From contig CP166615.1 of NCBI GenBank assembly GCA_041937175.2, positions 2,400,001-2,464,000 on the forward strand: DNA of 64,000 nucleotides, given 5' to 3'. The notes below the pieces were generated by a model. That model worked only from the letters and a program-made list of their open reading frames with translations. It did not search any database and was not told the origin of the DNA. Positions 42,906-54,020 of the stretch are shown here, in pieces (within the stretch, counting starts at the first letter, position 1; every line of letters begins with the position of its first letter). This stretch comes from Limnothrix sp. BL-A-16. GTDB taxonomy: Bacteria; Cyanobacteriota; Cyanobacteriia; CACIAM-69d. The position numbers and the translations under genes were made by a program.

Positions 42906-43655
42906 TTATTGACCGCCCGATCGGCTCGGGCTAGGAGCCGCCAGCCGCAGACGATCGAACCGGGCCCGATCGGGAGCATTGGTGATCACACCATCCACTC
43001 CCAATCTCAGGGCCCGCTCCATTTCAACGGGGTCGTCCACCGTCCAAACCCACAGGGCGGCCTCCCGCGATCGGGCCAGGGCAACCACTTCGGGGGTGAG
43101 CTGGCCATGGTGCAACGACACCACGGCCACCGCCCCCAATTCCCGATCGAGCGCGGCCCAATCCAGCGGGTCAGCCGCAATCGGCCCCAGGGGGAATTCA
43201 GGTGCGATCGCCCGCACCCGTTGCAGCATTGCCCAATTAAAAGACGTGAGCGTGACCTGTACTTGGGGAAATGCCCTCAGCAGTGCCACCAAGGCTTCCG
43301 GTAATTGGCGTTCCTGGCCATGACATTTCAGCTCCAAATTCAGGGCCACCCGATCGCCCACTTGGGCCAACGCCGCCGCCAGGGTTGGAATCCGGGTTCC
43401 CGCAAACCGGGGACTAAACCAAGATCCCACCTCCAATTGGGCTAAGTCCGCAGCGGTCAGTTGGTGGCTGGGGCGATCGACCCCGGCCAACCGCCGCAAG
43501 TTCGTGTCATGGAGCAGCACCAACGTGCCGTCCGCCAACTCCTGCACATCCAGCTCGATCGCATCCACCCGGTCAGCGATCGCCTGTTCGATCGCCACCA
43601 AGGTATTTTCGGGAGCGATCGCGGAACTGCCCCGATGGGCAATGAGCTGCACCAT
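42906..43655 (-). CDS. Glycerophosphodiester phosphodiesterase
   Basis: IAHRG, PENT, IELDV, HD, NLELK, WTVD, GVDGVITN. Confidence 0.93.
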   Translation of the reverse strand: MVQLIAHRGSSAIAPENTLVAIEQAIADRVDAIELDVQELADGTLVLLHDTNLRRLAGVDRPSHQLTAADLAQLEVGSWFSPRFAGTRIPTLAAALAQVGDRVALNLELKCHGQERQLPEALVALLRAFPQVQVTLTSFNWAMLQRVRAIAPEFPLGPIAADPLDWAALDRELGAVAVVSLHHGQLTPEVVALARSREAALWVWTVDDPVEMERALRLGVDGVITNAPDRARFDRLRLAAPSPSRSGGQ

Positions 43656-43715
43656 AGTTCTGGAGCGAAAGGATTCGAGTCGAGGATTCAAGTCGAGGAA
43701 TCCGTTAACCGTTGC

Positions 43716-44642
43716 TTAGCCTACGGAAAGCGCCTCAGCAGACTGCGGGCGCGATCGGGGATAACGTTCCATCAGCGATCGCACCTGTTCCGCATGGTAC
43801 GAACTACGCGTCAGCGGCGAAGAAACCACCTGCAAAAAGCCCATGGCTTCCCCGGCCACTCGCCAAGCTTCAAACTGCTCCGGAGTCACAAAAGACTGCA
43901 CCGGCAAATGTTTGGGCGAAGGCTGAAGATATTGCCCAAGGGTCAGAATGTCACAGTCTACCGATCGCAGGTCGGCCATGGCTTGCTCCACTTCCGCCGC
44001 CGTTTCCCCCAGCCCAACCATGATTCCAGATTTGGTATAGAGCCAAGGGGCAAGGGTTTTGGCGCGTTGCAACAGTTCCAGGGTGCGTTGATAGTCCCCC
44101 TGGGGGCGCACCCGGCGATAAAGGCGGGCGATCGTTTCCGTGTTGTGGTTCAACACCTCCGGCCCCGCCGACAGGATGATGTCCAGCGCTGCCCAGTTGC
44201 CGCAAAGATCCGGAATCAACACCTCGATCGTGGTTCCCGGCGAGGCCGATCGCACGGCCGCAATGCATTGGCGAAACTGATCCGCCCCGCCATCGGGCAA
44301 ATCATCCCGGTTCACCGACGTAATCACCACATGGTTCAGCCGCATCCGGCGCACCGCTTCCGCCAGCCGCGTTGGTTCCGTGGGGTCAAGGGCTTTGGGC
44401 TTTTTCTCGAAGTCAATATCGCAATAAGGACAAGCGCGGGTGCAAGCGGGCCCCATGATTAAAAATGTGGCCGTTCCGGCATTGAAGCACTCGCCAATGT
44501 TGGGGCAGGAGGCTTCTTCGCAGACCGTGTTCAGGGCCAAGTCCCGCAAAATATCTTTGACATTGCCCACGCGCTCCCACTGGGGAGCCTTGACGCGGAG
44601 CCATTCAGGTTTTTGGGCGATCGGGTTGGAGTTTGGGTTCAC
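43716..44642 (-). CDS. lipA: Lipoyl synthase
   Basis: [26 protein letters not shown]. Confidence 0.97.
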   Translation of the reverse strand: MNPNSNPIAQKPEWLRVKAPQWERVGNVKDILRDLALNTVCEEASCPNIGECFNAGTATFLIMGPACTRACPYCDIDFEKKPKALDPTEPTRLAEAVRRMRLNHVVITSVNRDDLPDGGADQFRQCIAAVRSASPGTTIEVLIPDLCGNWAALDIILSAGPEVLNHNTETIARLYRRVRPQGDYQRTLELLQRAKTLAPWLYTKSGIMVGLGETAAEVEQAMADLRSVDCDILTLGQYLQPSPKHLPVQSFVTPEQFEAWRVAGEAMGFLQVVSSPLTRSSYHAEQVRSLMERYPRSRPQSAEALSVG

Positions 44643-44703
44643 GAGTAGTCCGGTTGGGTTTCACCCAGTTTTGGGGCACTTATTCATTATTGATTAATTA
44701 ACA

Positions 44704-44764
44704 CTAATCAATTAGGGCTAATCAATTAGGGCTAATCAATTAGGGCTAATCAATTAGGGCTAAT
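44704..44764. repeat. Tandem repeat, 14 bp x4 (CTAATCAATTAGGG)
   Basis: Perfect copies read directly. Confidence 0.95.
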
Positions 44765-44866
44765 TCACAAATTCACATCGATTTCGCGCCCAAGGGAACG
44801 GCACAACCTCATGGGCGGGACTGCCTCAGCCGGTTTCTGAGTCGATCGGCCTTGGATTCCCAAAGG

Positions 44867-46723
44867 CTAATCCTGAGACTGGCGATTGTTGCCGGTGGGC
44901 TGGTTGGCCGTTGACACTTGGGCGGTGTTGGATTTGCCCTTTTGGGGTTGGCGAGCCTTGGCAAAATAGGCATCAATGACCGATCGGGTAACGGGGCCGG
45001 CCATCTTGCCACCGCCGCCACCATTTTCCAAAAACGCCACCACCACAATTTCCGGTTTTTCATAGGGCGCATAGGCCCCAAACCAAGCATGGGTTTCCCG
45101 GGGGGGATCTTCTGCCGTGCCGCTCTTGCCTGCCACCGACACCGTGCCATTCAGGGCTTTGCCCGTACCCGCCGTCACCACGCTCCGCAGGGATTTCCGC
45201 AACAGTTCCAAGGTGCTGGGTTTCAAACCCAAAGACTCCCGCTGAATCGGCGTGGACTGCACCAACCGGGGCTGCACCCGATATCCCCCATTGGCTACGA
45301 CTGAAAACATCACCGCCACTTGCAGGGGGGAAGCTTGCACGTAGCCCTGCCCGATCGAAGCGTTGACCGTATCTACCCGATGCCAAGGCCCCAAGTCATT
45401 TTTGCGCTTCCACTCATCACTGGGAATCAGCCCCTTGGCTTCTTCAAACCGCAACTCAATCCCCGTCGGTGAGCTAAAACCCAGCTTTCGGGCCCAAGTA
45501 ATCAGGTTTTTTTCGCCCGCCCGCAGGCCCGCTTGCCCAAAGAAGGTGTTGCTGCTCATGGCCATGGCACTGATGAAGCTCATGGGGCCAAAGCCGGACT
45601 TGTTCCAATCCCAAACCCGAGTTCCATCCACGGGCAAATAGGCATAGGTGGGCAGAACGGCATCGGGCGGAAGCTTGCCCGACTCCACCGCCGCCACAGT
45701 GGTCACCACCTTGAAGGTGCTGGCGGGGGGATAGGCCTGCAAAGCCCGGTTCACGAAGGGATGGCGGCGCTTTTGCAGGGCTTGCCAAGTGCGTTGGTCA
45801 ATCTTGCGGGTGAAGATATTGGGGTCAAACCGGGGTTCACTGGCCAGGGCCAACACTTCGCCAGTTTTGGGGTTCATGACCACTACAGCCCCGTTGCGTC
45901 CCCCCAAGGCCGATTCCGAAGCCCGCTGCAAGTCCACATCCAAATTGAGGTGGATATCTTCGCCGGGGCGAGCAGGGCGATCGTCCAGAATGTTGATCAG
46001 GTTGCCCTTGCCGTCAATTTCTACTCGGCCGCTACCGGGCTGGCCCCGCAGGGTAAATTCCAGGGATTTTTCAAGGCCCATTTTGCCCACAATGTCGCCG
46101 TAGCGATAGCCTTTGGCGGATTTTTGGGCCCGAAATCGGTTGCCTTCCAGTTCTTCCTTGCTGATTTCGCCGATGTAGCCCAAAACGTGGGCGGCCGTTT
46201 CACCGTAAGGATAGGAGCGGCTGGTTTCCCGTTCAATTTGCACCCCTTGCAGATCCACGCCATATTCCCGCAACCGCACGACCTCTTCGGGTTTCACGTT
46301 GTGCTGAACGGGAATCAGAAAGCGAGATTCAAAATCCAGGTGATCGGCCCGAGCCTGTAGATCATCTTCTGAAATATTCAGAGTGGTGGCCAGGATATTC
46401 CGCAGCCGCGGCCAGTTGGGCCGATTCACCGCTGTGCGCCAAACGGAGACGGAGTGGGTGAGCTGGTTACCCGCGAGCAGGTTGCCGTTGCGATCGAGCA
46501 GGTTGCCCCGGCTGGGAATTTTGGGGATGGTTTGAATGCGGTTGCGCTCGGCCCGGGCCCGCAGGGCCTCACCTTCCATGAGCTGGAGATGCACCAAGCG
46601 CTGGGCCAGTCCCCCAAAGATCAATAGGGAAACCACACCCATCAAAATCCAACCTTGGTTTGATCGCCCGATGGTGCGGCCATCGGTGTTGAGGCGATCG
46701 TACAGCGGTTGTAGCAGCGTCAT
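44867..46723 (-). CDS. mrdA: Class B penicillin-binding protein 2, paralogue A
   Basis: PASTFK (SxxK), SSN (SxN), KSG. Confidence 0.9.
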   Translation of the reverse strand: MTLLQPLYDRLNTDGRTIGRSNQGWILMGVVSLLIFGGLAQRLVHLQLMEGEALRARAERNRIQTIPKIPSRGNLLDRNGNLLAGNQLTHSVSVWRTAVNRPNWPRLRNILATTLNISEDDLQARADHLDFESRFLIPVQHNVKPEEVVRLREYGVDLQGVQIERETSRSYPYGETAAHVLGYIGEISKEELEGNRFRAQKSAKGYRYGDIVGKMGLEKSLEFTLRGQPGSGRVEIDGKGNLINILDDRPARPGEDIHLNLDVDLQRASESALGGRNGAVVVMNPKTGEVLALASEPRFDPNIFTRKIDQRTWQALQKRRHPFVNRALQAYPPASTFKVVTTVAAVESGKLPPDAVLPTYAYLPVDGTRVWDWNKSGFGPMSFISAMAMSSNTFFGQAGLRAGEKNLITWARKLGFSSPTGIELRFEEAKGLIPSDEWKRKNDLGPWHRVDTVNASIGQGYVQASPLQVAVMFSVVANGGYRVQPRLVQSTPIQRESLGLKPSTLELLRKSLRSVVTAGTGKALNGTVSVAGKSGTAEDPPRETHAWFGAYAPYEKPEIVVVAFLENGGGGGKMAGPVTRSVIDAYFAKARQPQKGKSNTAQVSTANQPTGNNRQSQD

Positions 46724-47185
46724 AGGATGATCGGCCGATGGAAAGAGGGAGCAAGGGGAAAAATCCCAAGCGGACAACAATCAGCAAGCGCAAGAGCAGT
46801 TAGCGATCGAACCAACGGGTGCAGGTCATGGGCAAACTGGTCTAGCTCTGAGCATCAACGCATAGGCTCGGGGTCAATGGCTCGGGGCGATCGCACAGGG
46901 AAAGAGCAACGGGACGGGAAAAACAAGATCAGGAATACGGCAACCCTTGGAATCCCAAAAATTAGGCTTTTGGGGACTCGATCGGGAGTTGGTTGATGGG
47001 CGGTGGGTGCTTAAGTGACCCATTGATGAGGGTTTCTGTTTTTCACCCATGCCCAATCGGCCGTCGCCCAATACTTTACCGGAAATTCTGAGGGTGACCA
47101 AACCAGTTTTGGGCATTTGGAGCGATCGGGTTCCGCAAAGACCTGATGGCACGCTGTTTTGTGGCTTGGGGCGCAGGGCTGATTA

Positions 47186-47268
47186 GGGATTCTGATGGTT
47201 TGATGACATTAGGCTCGAAATCTTGAATCCGGGATTCTGATGGTTTGATGACATTAGGCTCGAAATCT
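47186..47268. repeat. 38-bp direct repeat x2 (45-bp period)
   Basis: GGGATTCTGATGGTTTGATGACATTAGGCTCGAAATCT twice. Confidence 0.92.
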
Positions 47269-47528
47269 CGAGCAACTGCCTGAATTGCGCCTCATTAGCC
47301 TCATGAATGGATGCGAATAAATGAATTTAGGGGCGCTCGACTCGTGCGATCGCCCCTAAATGGTTGCTGAGTTGCTGAGATTGACCTGCTCTTAACTGTT
47401 CTGAGATCCAGGGACTACAGAAGGTTGGCCTTGAAAGATCCGCTTGCTGGATTGGTCTTGATGGGCCTTGGGCAGGCCTTGGGCAGGTTTTTCGTGGATT
47501 TTTGCGAATCTGCTCCTTGGCGAATCTG

Positions 47529-49328
47529 CTACGGATTCGCGGGCGGGTTAGAGGCGGGCGGTTTCGGGCCGAAGTAAGCCTTGAACACTTCCTTCGCGAT
47601 CGGGGCCGCCACAGCTCCCCCATAGCCAGCATTTTCCACGGCCACCGCCAGGGCAATTTGCGGTTGATCCACCGGGGCATAGCCCACATACATCGCGTTA
47701 TTAGGGCCGCTGGGCACTTCGGCGGTTCCCGTTTTGCCAGCGCTAGGGGGCAGACTGGGATCGTTGAGCACTTTAGCGGTTCCCTGACGCACCACGGCAT
47801 TGAGTCCTTGGCGCACCACGTTGAGGGTTTCGGGCTTCAGGCCGATCGACTGGGGTTGAAAGTCCGATTGGCTGGTTTGGTTAGCCAACAGGTGGGGAAC
47901 CACGCGCTTCCCTCCATTGGCGATCGCGGAAACGACCGTGGCCAGTTCCAAAGGCGTGGTTAAAACCAATCCTTGCCCGATCGACATACTGACCGTATCG
48001 CCCAAATACCAGGGTTGACGGTACAGAGTCTGTTTGGTGGCCGGCGTGGGCAACATGCCACGACTGCCCAACAGCCCCAACTTCAGCGGCTGCCCAATAC
48101 CTAGGGCCTGGCCCCATTGGGCGATCGCCTCGGGGCCCGTCTTCATTCCCACCTGGTAATAGAAGGTATTGCTGCTGACTTCGAGGGCCCTCGCAAAGCC
48201 GATCGTGCCGTAGCCGCCGCCCCCATGCTCCCGAAACACCGTTCCCCCCAGGGACAGGGCCCCGGCAGTGCCCACCATGGCGTTCGGGCTATAGGCTCCC
48301 GACTCGATCGCCGCCACCGAAGTCACAATCTTGAACGTGCTGGCCGGGGGATAGCCCTGGAGGGCCCGATTCAACAGGGGGCGGCTGGGGTCTTGAAGTT
48401 GGGCCCACTGGTTTTTGGTAATTCGCTGGGTAAACCAATTGGAATCAAACGTGGGGCTGCTGGCCATGGCCAAAATGGCCCCCGTGCGGGGATCCATGGC
48501 CACCACTGCACCGCGCCGGCCCTGGAGTCCCCGTTCCGCCGCCTGTTGCACTGCCAAATCTAGCGTTAACCGAAGGGGCTGACCCGGTTTTGGGGGCCGT
48601 TGGCCCGCCGGTCGCAACAGCCGGCCCTTGGCATCCGCTTCAATCCAGTCGTAGCCCCAAGTGCCCCGCAGGGTCGCTTCTGCCAATCGTTCAATGCCCG
48701 CCTTGCCCACGGTGGCTCCCATGGGCAGATCGGGGTTGTTTTTAATATCCTCGGGGTTCGCTTCCCCCAAATAGCCAATCACATGGGCGGCGGTGGAACC
48801 GTGGGGATAGTCCCGCTCGGCTTCCACGCGCACGGCGAGGATGCCTGCCCCTGGATCCAGTTCTGCCAGCCGGACAAACCCCTCAGGGGTCAGATCTCGG
48901 GCCACCCGAATGGGCATATCGCCCCGGCCCTGTTGGCGCTGAGTGGCAATTTGTTGGGCAATGTCCGCAACGGGGCGATCGAAAATGCTTTCCATCGGCT
49001 TCAGGATCCGTTGCCACTCGGCCGGGCTGTGGCGCTGGGGCGACAGATACACGCTGCGAATCAAACGACTCCGAGCGAGCACCTGGCCCTTGCGATCGAA
49101 CAGGGCCCCCCGATCGGGAACCAAGGGCAACCCCCGCAGTCGGTTCCGCTCTGCGGCCTGGCGCTGCACAGCCCCCTCCACCAGTTGCAAACGACTGAGG
49201 CGAAATGCCAAGGATCCAATCAACGCCGTTACCAAAGTCATCAAAACCAGGGCACGGAAAGTTTGGGCACGATCGGGCGCGATCGATGGCGAGGCAAAGC
49301 CGCCCCTACGAATAGATACCAATCCCAT
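47529..49328 (-). CDS. mrdA: Class B penicillin-binding protein 2, paralogue B
   Basis: PASTFK, SSN, KTG. Confidence 0.88.
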   Translation of the reverse strand: MGLVSIRRGGFASPSIAPDRAQTFRALVLMTLVTALIGSLAFRLSRLQLVEGAVQRQAAERNRLRGLPLVPDRGALFDRKGQVLARSRLIRSVYLSPQRHSPAEWQRILKPMESIFDRPVADIAQQIATQRQQGRGDMPIRVARDLTPEGFVRLAELDPGAGILAVRVEAERDYPHGSTAAHVIGYLGEANPEDIKNNPDLPMGATVGKAGIERLAEATLRGTWGYDWIEADAKGRLLRPAGQRPPKPGQPLRLTLDLAVQQAAERGLQGRRGAVVAMDPRTGAILAMASSPTFDSNWFTQRITKNQWAQLQDPSRPLLNRALQGYPPASTFKIVTSVAAIESGAYSPNAMVGTAGALSLGGTVFREHGGGGYGTIGFARALEVSSNTFYYQVGMKTGPEAIAQWGQALGIGQPLKLGLLGSRGMLPTPATKQTLYRQPWYLGDTVSMSIGQGLVLTTPLELATVVSAIANGGKRVVPHLLANQTSQSDFQPQSIGLKPETLNVVRQGLNAVVRQGTAKVLNDPSLPPSAGKTGTAEVPSGPNNAMYVGYAPVDQPQIALAVAVENAGYGGAVAAPIAKEVFKAYFGPKPPASNPPANP

Positions 49329-50064
49329 AGCAAGTGCAAGCCAGCAGGGCTACCGACGACGAAGGGCTATTGCTTGTCTGATCCGCACCCAACCACCCCC
49401 CCTCGGGATAGGTCTTGCTCAACGACCGGTAACGAACATTACAAAACCCTGATGAGATCCAGTGCTAACTGTTAACCCAACGCAACCAGGGATATACAGC
49501 CCACTAGCCTGAGCGACCCCGGCTTTTGATAGGCTAGCCTTAAAAATGCCAACCACTGTTCTCTGGCTCTTGCAGGTGGGCAGTTCCAGGCTTTAGCGTG
49601 GCCTGTACAGGCACTTGCGCCAACGTGCAACCTCGTCCGGTGGCCAAACTCAGGGGTCAAGCTCAGCATTGTCCAGCCTGCAAGGGTCAGCCTGTGGATA
49701 ACGCCCCACGGTGTTGTTCATCTCTGATCTAGCTCAGCCGCCTGGCTTTTGCCCCGCTAGCGGGGTTGATAACCAGGTTCATCACCGGGTTGATAAAATG
49801 CCGATTTCGCCAGAGATGTCGGCTTGTTGTGCAGGCCACGGCCAACCCTTCTATGCTTGGGTGTTGGTTGATCCCAACTGGGTTGCCCAAACTGGGTTGC
49901 CAACTCCCAAGGAGCCAGATCCCTGGGTTGGTGATGGGGCTGCAACACCCAGGCTAGAACCAGGCGATCGCTGAGATCCTGTGTGCAACCACTCCGACGC
50001 AAACCCGCTCCTAACCTTAGGATTTTGAGGTGTGCCAAGGGGGAAGGCCACAATGGCCCAGTGA

Positions 50065-50445
<381 letters not shown>

Positions 50446-50675
50446 GGCAATGCCGCCGCACCAGGGAGGGGCCCCTTCGCTCCTCGCTGGTGATGAATTG
50501 CTGGTGATGATTTAGATTCTGCGTCTGATTACCAACGACGGTCTGAAGGGCCGTTTTGTGTTGACCGATGGGGGGCTGCTGGGCCCCGCGTCGGTTTTTG
50601 GTTGATGGGTCGTTTGGAATCGGTGTTTTGGATCGGGATTGGGTCGGTGTTTGGGTTGAATGTGCTGGCGGTGGT

Positions 50676-50966
50676 CTAGCGGAACGTGAAGCCCAAACGC
50701 TCCCAGGTGTCGGCCCCAACGATGCCATCGGGCGTGAGACCGTAGGCCGATTGGGCCTGTTTGACGGCAATTTCGGTTTGGGGGCCAAACATGCCGTCCG
50801 GTTGCCCCGCGTCGAAACCACGCATGTTTAGTTCATGCTGGACGACCTGCACAAGGTTGCCCCGATCGCCCAGTCGCAAAATATCGCTGACCACTTGGTC
50901 GCTGGCCGGCACGCCGGAGCGTTCGGATTTAGCCGGTGGGTTATTGCTAGACAAGATATTCACCAC
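50676..50966 (-). CDS. Small peptidoglycan-binding domain protein
   Basis: LRLGDRG..VQ..L..GF...DGMFGPQT..AVK..Q...GLTPDGIVG..TW. Confidence 0.85.
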   Translation of the reverse strand: MVNILSSNNPPAKSERSGVPASDQVVSDILRLGDRGNLVQVVQHELNMRGFDAGQPDGMFGPQTEIAVKQAQSAYGLTPDGIVGADTWERLGFTFR

Positions 50967-51079
50967 TCCAAATCAACTGAAAGCCACTCCAATAAGGGTC
51001 TTGACGACTATCGTAGGGGCTGCGATCGCTATGGTAGCGCCCGCTTTGGCGATTGCGGCGCTGGGCTGTGGGGGAAAGG

Positions 51080-51763
51080 CTAGGGTTGGCGCTGGCGGAG
51101 GATAAATTCCGCGATCGCCAAGTCCTGGGGTGTGGTGACTTTCAGGTTGGTTTCTTCGCCCATCACGATTTTTACCGGCAGGCCGCAGCGTTCAAACAGG
51201 GCGGCATCGTCGGTGACTTCCCAGTTTTCGGCCAAGCCCCGATCGTGGCAGGCCTTGAGGGTGGCCACTTCAAAACCTTGGGGCGTTTGGGCGGCCCAGA
51301 GGGTGGCGCGATCGGGTGTGTTGCTAACGATTTGGTTCGCATCCACCTGCTTAATTGTGTCCTTGACGGGGATCGCGGCGATCAACCCGGGACAGGTGGC
51401 CAGCTCGGCGGTGCAGCGATCGAACAATTCCGGTGTGGCCAAGCAGCGGGCCCCGTCATGGATCAAGACGCGATCAGCTTCCGGGGGCAAAGCTTGCAGG
51501 CCGTTGTAGACCGAGGCTTGGCGGGTGTCGCCGCCTTGGATAAACACCACGGGTTTGGTCAGATTGAGACCTTGGGCGATCGCTTCAAACTCAGGCCGGT
51601 CGATCGGCTGACACATGATGCCAATCCAGGCGATCGACGGGCTGGCCTCGGCAGCCTTCAGCGTCCAAGCAAAAATTGTTTCGCCTGCTAGGTCGATCAG
51701 GAGTTTGTTGCGATCCGCGCCCATGCGCTTGCCGGAGCCGGCCGCCGGAATCAGGAGATACAA
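51080..51763 (-). CDS. ispD: 2-C-methyl-D-erythritol 4-phosphate cytidylyltransferase
   Basis: LIPAAGSGKRMG, GGDTRQASV, HDGARC, QTPQGF, NLKVTT; TTG start inferred. Confidence 0.95.
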   Translation of the reverse strand: MYLLIPAAGSGKRMGADRNKLLIDLAGETIFAWTLKAAEASPSIAWIGIMCQPIDRPEFEAIAQGLNLTKPVVFIQGGDTRQASVYNGLQALPPEADRVLIHDGARCLATPELFDRCTAELATCPGLIAAIPVKDTIKQVDANQIVSNTPDRATLWAAQTPQGFEVATLKACHDRGLAENWEVTDDAALFERCGLPVKIVMGEETNLKVTTPQDLAIAEFILRQRQP

Positions 51764-51886
51764 AATCGGGTTCCTAAAAATGTTGTGACTGAGCTGTGAT
51801 TGCACAAAATCGTGATTGAGCAAATCGCCCGATCAAGATTCAATCGACTTTCTCTGGAATTCGCAAGGCTGTGGATGGGCAGCCCT

Positions 51887-52031
51887 GGGGGCTGTCATCA
51901 TTGGTTGGGCGCAAGCTGAAATGGTTGATTTTCCATGCCCCAATCGTCGTAACAAGGGGCTTAAGCCCCTTGCTGCCCACGAGTTGCTAACGGTGGAATC
52001 AGGGTTTCAGGCGATTTGACGATACTCCCTA
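51887..52031. mobile_element. MITE-like element, copy 5
   Basis: GGGGGCTGTCATCATT ... palindrome 51953-51972 ... TTGACGATACTCCC|TA; 143 bp like copy 1. Confidence 0.75.
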
Positions 52032-52172
52032 AACCCTGGAGTGGATTTGGGCGATCGAGTTGACCCCAGAGCAGATCCTCTTAAAATTGAGAGCGATTCC
52101 TTGTCGTAGCGATTTGGATTCGCCTGCGAAGTCCTCGCGGGTCGAAGCGCCATTGCCCGCAACCGGTGATGA

Positions 52173-52315
52173 TAGGGATCGTCGTCATTGCGCCTGAGAC
52201 CTGGATCTACCCTTGGCAGATCTTGGGGCAAGGGGCTTAAGTCCCTTGTTACGACGGTTGGGGTACGGAAAACCAACCGTTTCAGCCTCACCGAAAGAAA
52301 TGACGACACCCGCTA
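52173..52315. mobile_element. MITE-like element, copy 6 (inverted)
   Basis: TA|GGGATCGTCGTCATT ... palindrome 52229-52248 (1 mismatch) ... AATGACGACACCCGC|TA. Confidence 0.75.
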
Positions 52316-52387
52316 GGCTTCATTTCACAGATTTCGATCGATTTCGATATTGTTTTACCGCCGCTACTTGGCAACCCCGCGAGTTTT

Positions 52388-53350
52388 ATGATGCAGATCC
52401 TCGCCCTCGTACCTGGTGGCATTGGCGACCAGATCTTATTTTTTCCCGCCCTGACCCAACTGAAGCAGGCCTACCCCAAGGCACAGATTGACGTGGTGGT
52501 GGAACCGCGATCGGTTGCGGCCTACCAGGTCTGTGCCTCCGTGCGCGACACGATCGCCTTTGACTTCAAAGACCGCAACAGTCCCGCCGACTGGGGCAAC
52601 CTGCTGGGCACAATCCGCGATCGGGAGTATGACGCGGTGCTGTCGCTGGGGCGGCGGTGGGCCGTGGGGCTGCTACTGTGGCTGACGGGGATTCCCAAGC
52701 GTGTGGGCTATGCAGCCGGTGGCAAGATGTTTTTGACCGATCCCGTGCCCCTGAACCTGGATCAATACGCGGGCGATCTCTATCACGACCTGGTGCGCGG
52801 CTTCGGGATCACGGCTCCCCGGCCGGCCCTGTCGCTGCAAGTGCCCCAAAAGGAACTGGCCTGGGCCGAAGCAGAGCAAGCCCGCTTGGGGATCAAGGGT
52901 CAGGGCTATTTGCTGGTGCATGGCGGTTCCAGTGCCATGGCCAAGCTGAAGGGCTTTGATAAGGTCTATCCGGTGGACTCCTGGAAGGCGGTGCTGACCA
53001 AGGTGCAACAGGCCAAGCCGGAACTCCCGATCGTGCTGGTGAAGGGGCCCGATGACACGGACTTTGTGGCCACGTTGCAGGCCGCTTGCCCGAGCCTGAA
53101 GCTGGTGACTCCCAACAACATTGGCCAACTCGCGGCAATCACGGCGGGGGCGAATGTGATGCTCTGTGGCGACAGTGGCCCGATGCATATTTCGGTGGCC
53201 CTGGGGACTTACACGATCGCCCTGTTTGGCCCCACCGATCCTGCTAAGCTGCTGCCACCCGGGGACGATCGCTTCGTGGCCATCAAGTCCCCGACCGATC
53301 AGATGAGCGACATTCCCCCCAGCGCCATTCTGGAGAAGTTGGGTGTCTAG
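52388..53350 (+). CDS. Glycosyltransferase family 9 (heptosyltransferase-like)
   Basis: GGIGDQIL, DSGPMH, ALFGPT. Confidence 0.92.
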   Translation: MMQILALVPGGIGDQILFFPALTQLKQAYPKAQIDVVVEPRSVAAYQVCASVRDTIAFDFKDRNSPADWGNLLGTIRDREYDAVLSLGRRWAVGLLLWLTGIPKRVGYAAGGKMFLTDPVPLNLDQYAGDLYHDLVRGFGITAPRPALSLQVPQKELAWAEAEQARLGIKGQGYLLVHGGSSAMAKLKGFDKVYPVDSWKAVLTKVQQAKPELPIVLVKGPDDTDFVATLQAACPSLKLVTPNNIGQLAAITAGANVMLCGDSGPMHISVALGTYTIALFGPTDPAKLLPPGDDRFVAIKSPTDQMSDIPPSAILEKLGV

Positions 53351-53927
53351 ACCGGCGGTATTTCTCGATCGCGATGGTGTGCTGAATCAAGAGGCGGGCT
53401 ACATTCACCGCCTCGAAGATCTGCACCTGATCCCCGGTACAGCCCAAGCGGTGCGCCAACTGAACGAGGCGGGCTGGTTTTGCTGTTTGGCTTCCAACCA
53501 AGCCGGCCCGGCCCGGGGCTACTATCCCCAATCCCATGTGGATGCACTGCACGATCGGCTTTGTCGCTTGCTGGATGAAGAAGCCGGGGCCAAGCTGGAT
53601 GCGCTCTACTACTGCCCCTATCTGAGCGGCCCCGAAGGCGGCAAGGATCCTGAATTCACCCGCTACAGCACCTGGCGCAAACCCAACACCGGGATGCTGG
53701 TGGCCGCCGCCTGGGATTGGGATCTCGATTTGTCGCGCAGTGTGATGGTGGGTGACAAGGCGACGGATATTGACCTGGCGAAAAATGCCGGTTGTGTGGG
53801 CATTTTGGTGACGACCGGATTTGGGGAGCAGGTGTTAGCGGGCAACTATCAACATGCCACCCAGCCGGATTTTGTGGCGGCTAATTTGCTAGAAGCGGTG
53901 CGATGGATTTTGCGATCGCCCCGATAG
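53343..53927 (+). CDS. gmhB: HAD-IIIA phosphatase, GmhB-like
   Basis: FLDRDGVL, SNQAG, RKPNTGML, MVGDKATD. Confidence 0.85.
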   Translation: MSRPAVFLDRDGVLNQEAGYIHRLEDLHLIPGTAQAVRQLNEAGWFCCLASNQAGPARGYYPQSHVDALHDRLCRLLDEEAGAKLDALYYCPYLSGPEGGKDPEFTRYSTWRKPNTGMLVAAAWDWDLDLSRSVMVGDKATDIDLAKNAGCVGILVTTGFGEQVLAGNYQHATQPDFVAANLLEAVRWILRSPR

Positions 53928-54020
53928 TCCCAATTGCCCATCGGTTTTGAACTGCTTTGATGATTCAATCTCAAATGGGCGATCGACTCCCCGATCGCCC
54001 ACTTGCCCCCTAAGTTCCCC

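Noticed and set aside
43461..44462. Long antisense or overlapping ORFs (also 37627-38586, 48600-49475, 27147-28001)
   Set aside because: Shadow frames of well-supported genes in GC-rich DNA.
47186..47268. Mini-CRISPR (38-bp repeat x2)
   Set aside because: The intervening sequence is only 7 bp, consistent with a simple local duplication.
49694..49702. DnaA box TGTGGATAA suggesting oriC
   Set aside because: A single box with no cluster, no AT-rich unwinding element and no dnaA/dnaN nearby.
51816..52491. Short ORFs sharing KGLKPL/RGLSPL peptides (also at 28023, 37164 and 42782)
   Set aside because: These are translations of the MITE palindrome, not a protein family.
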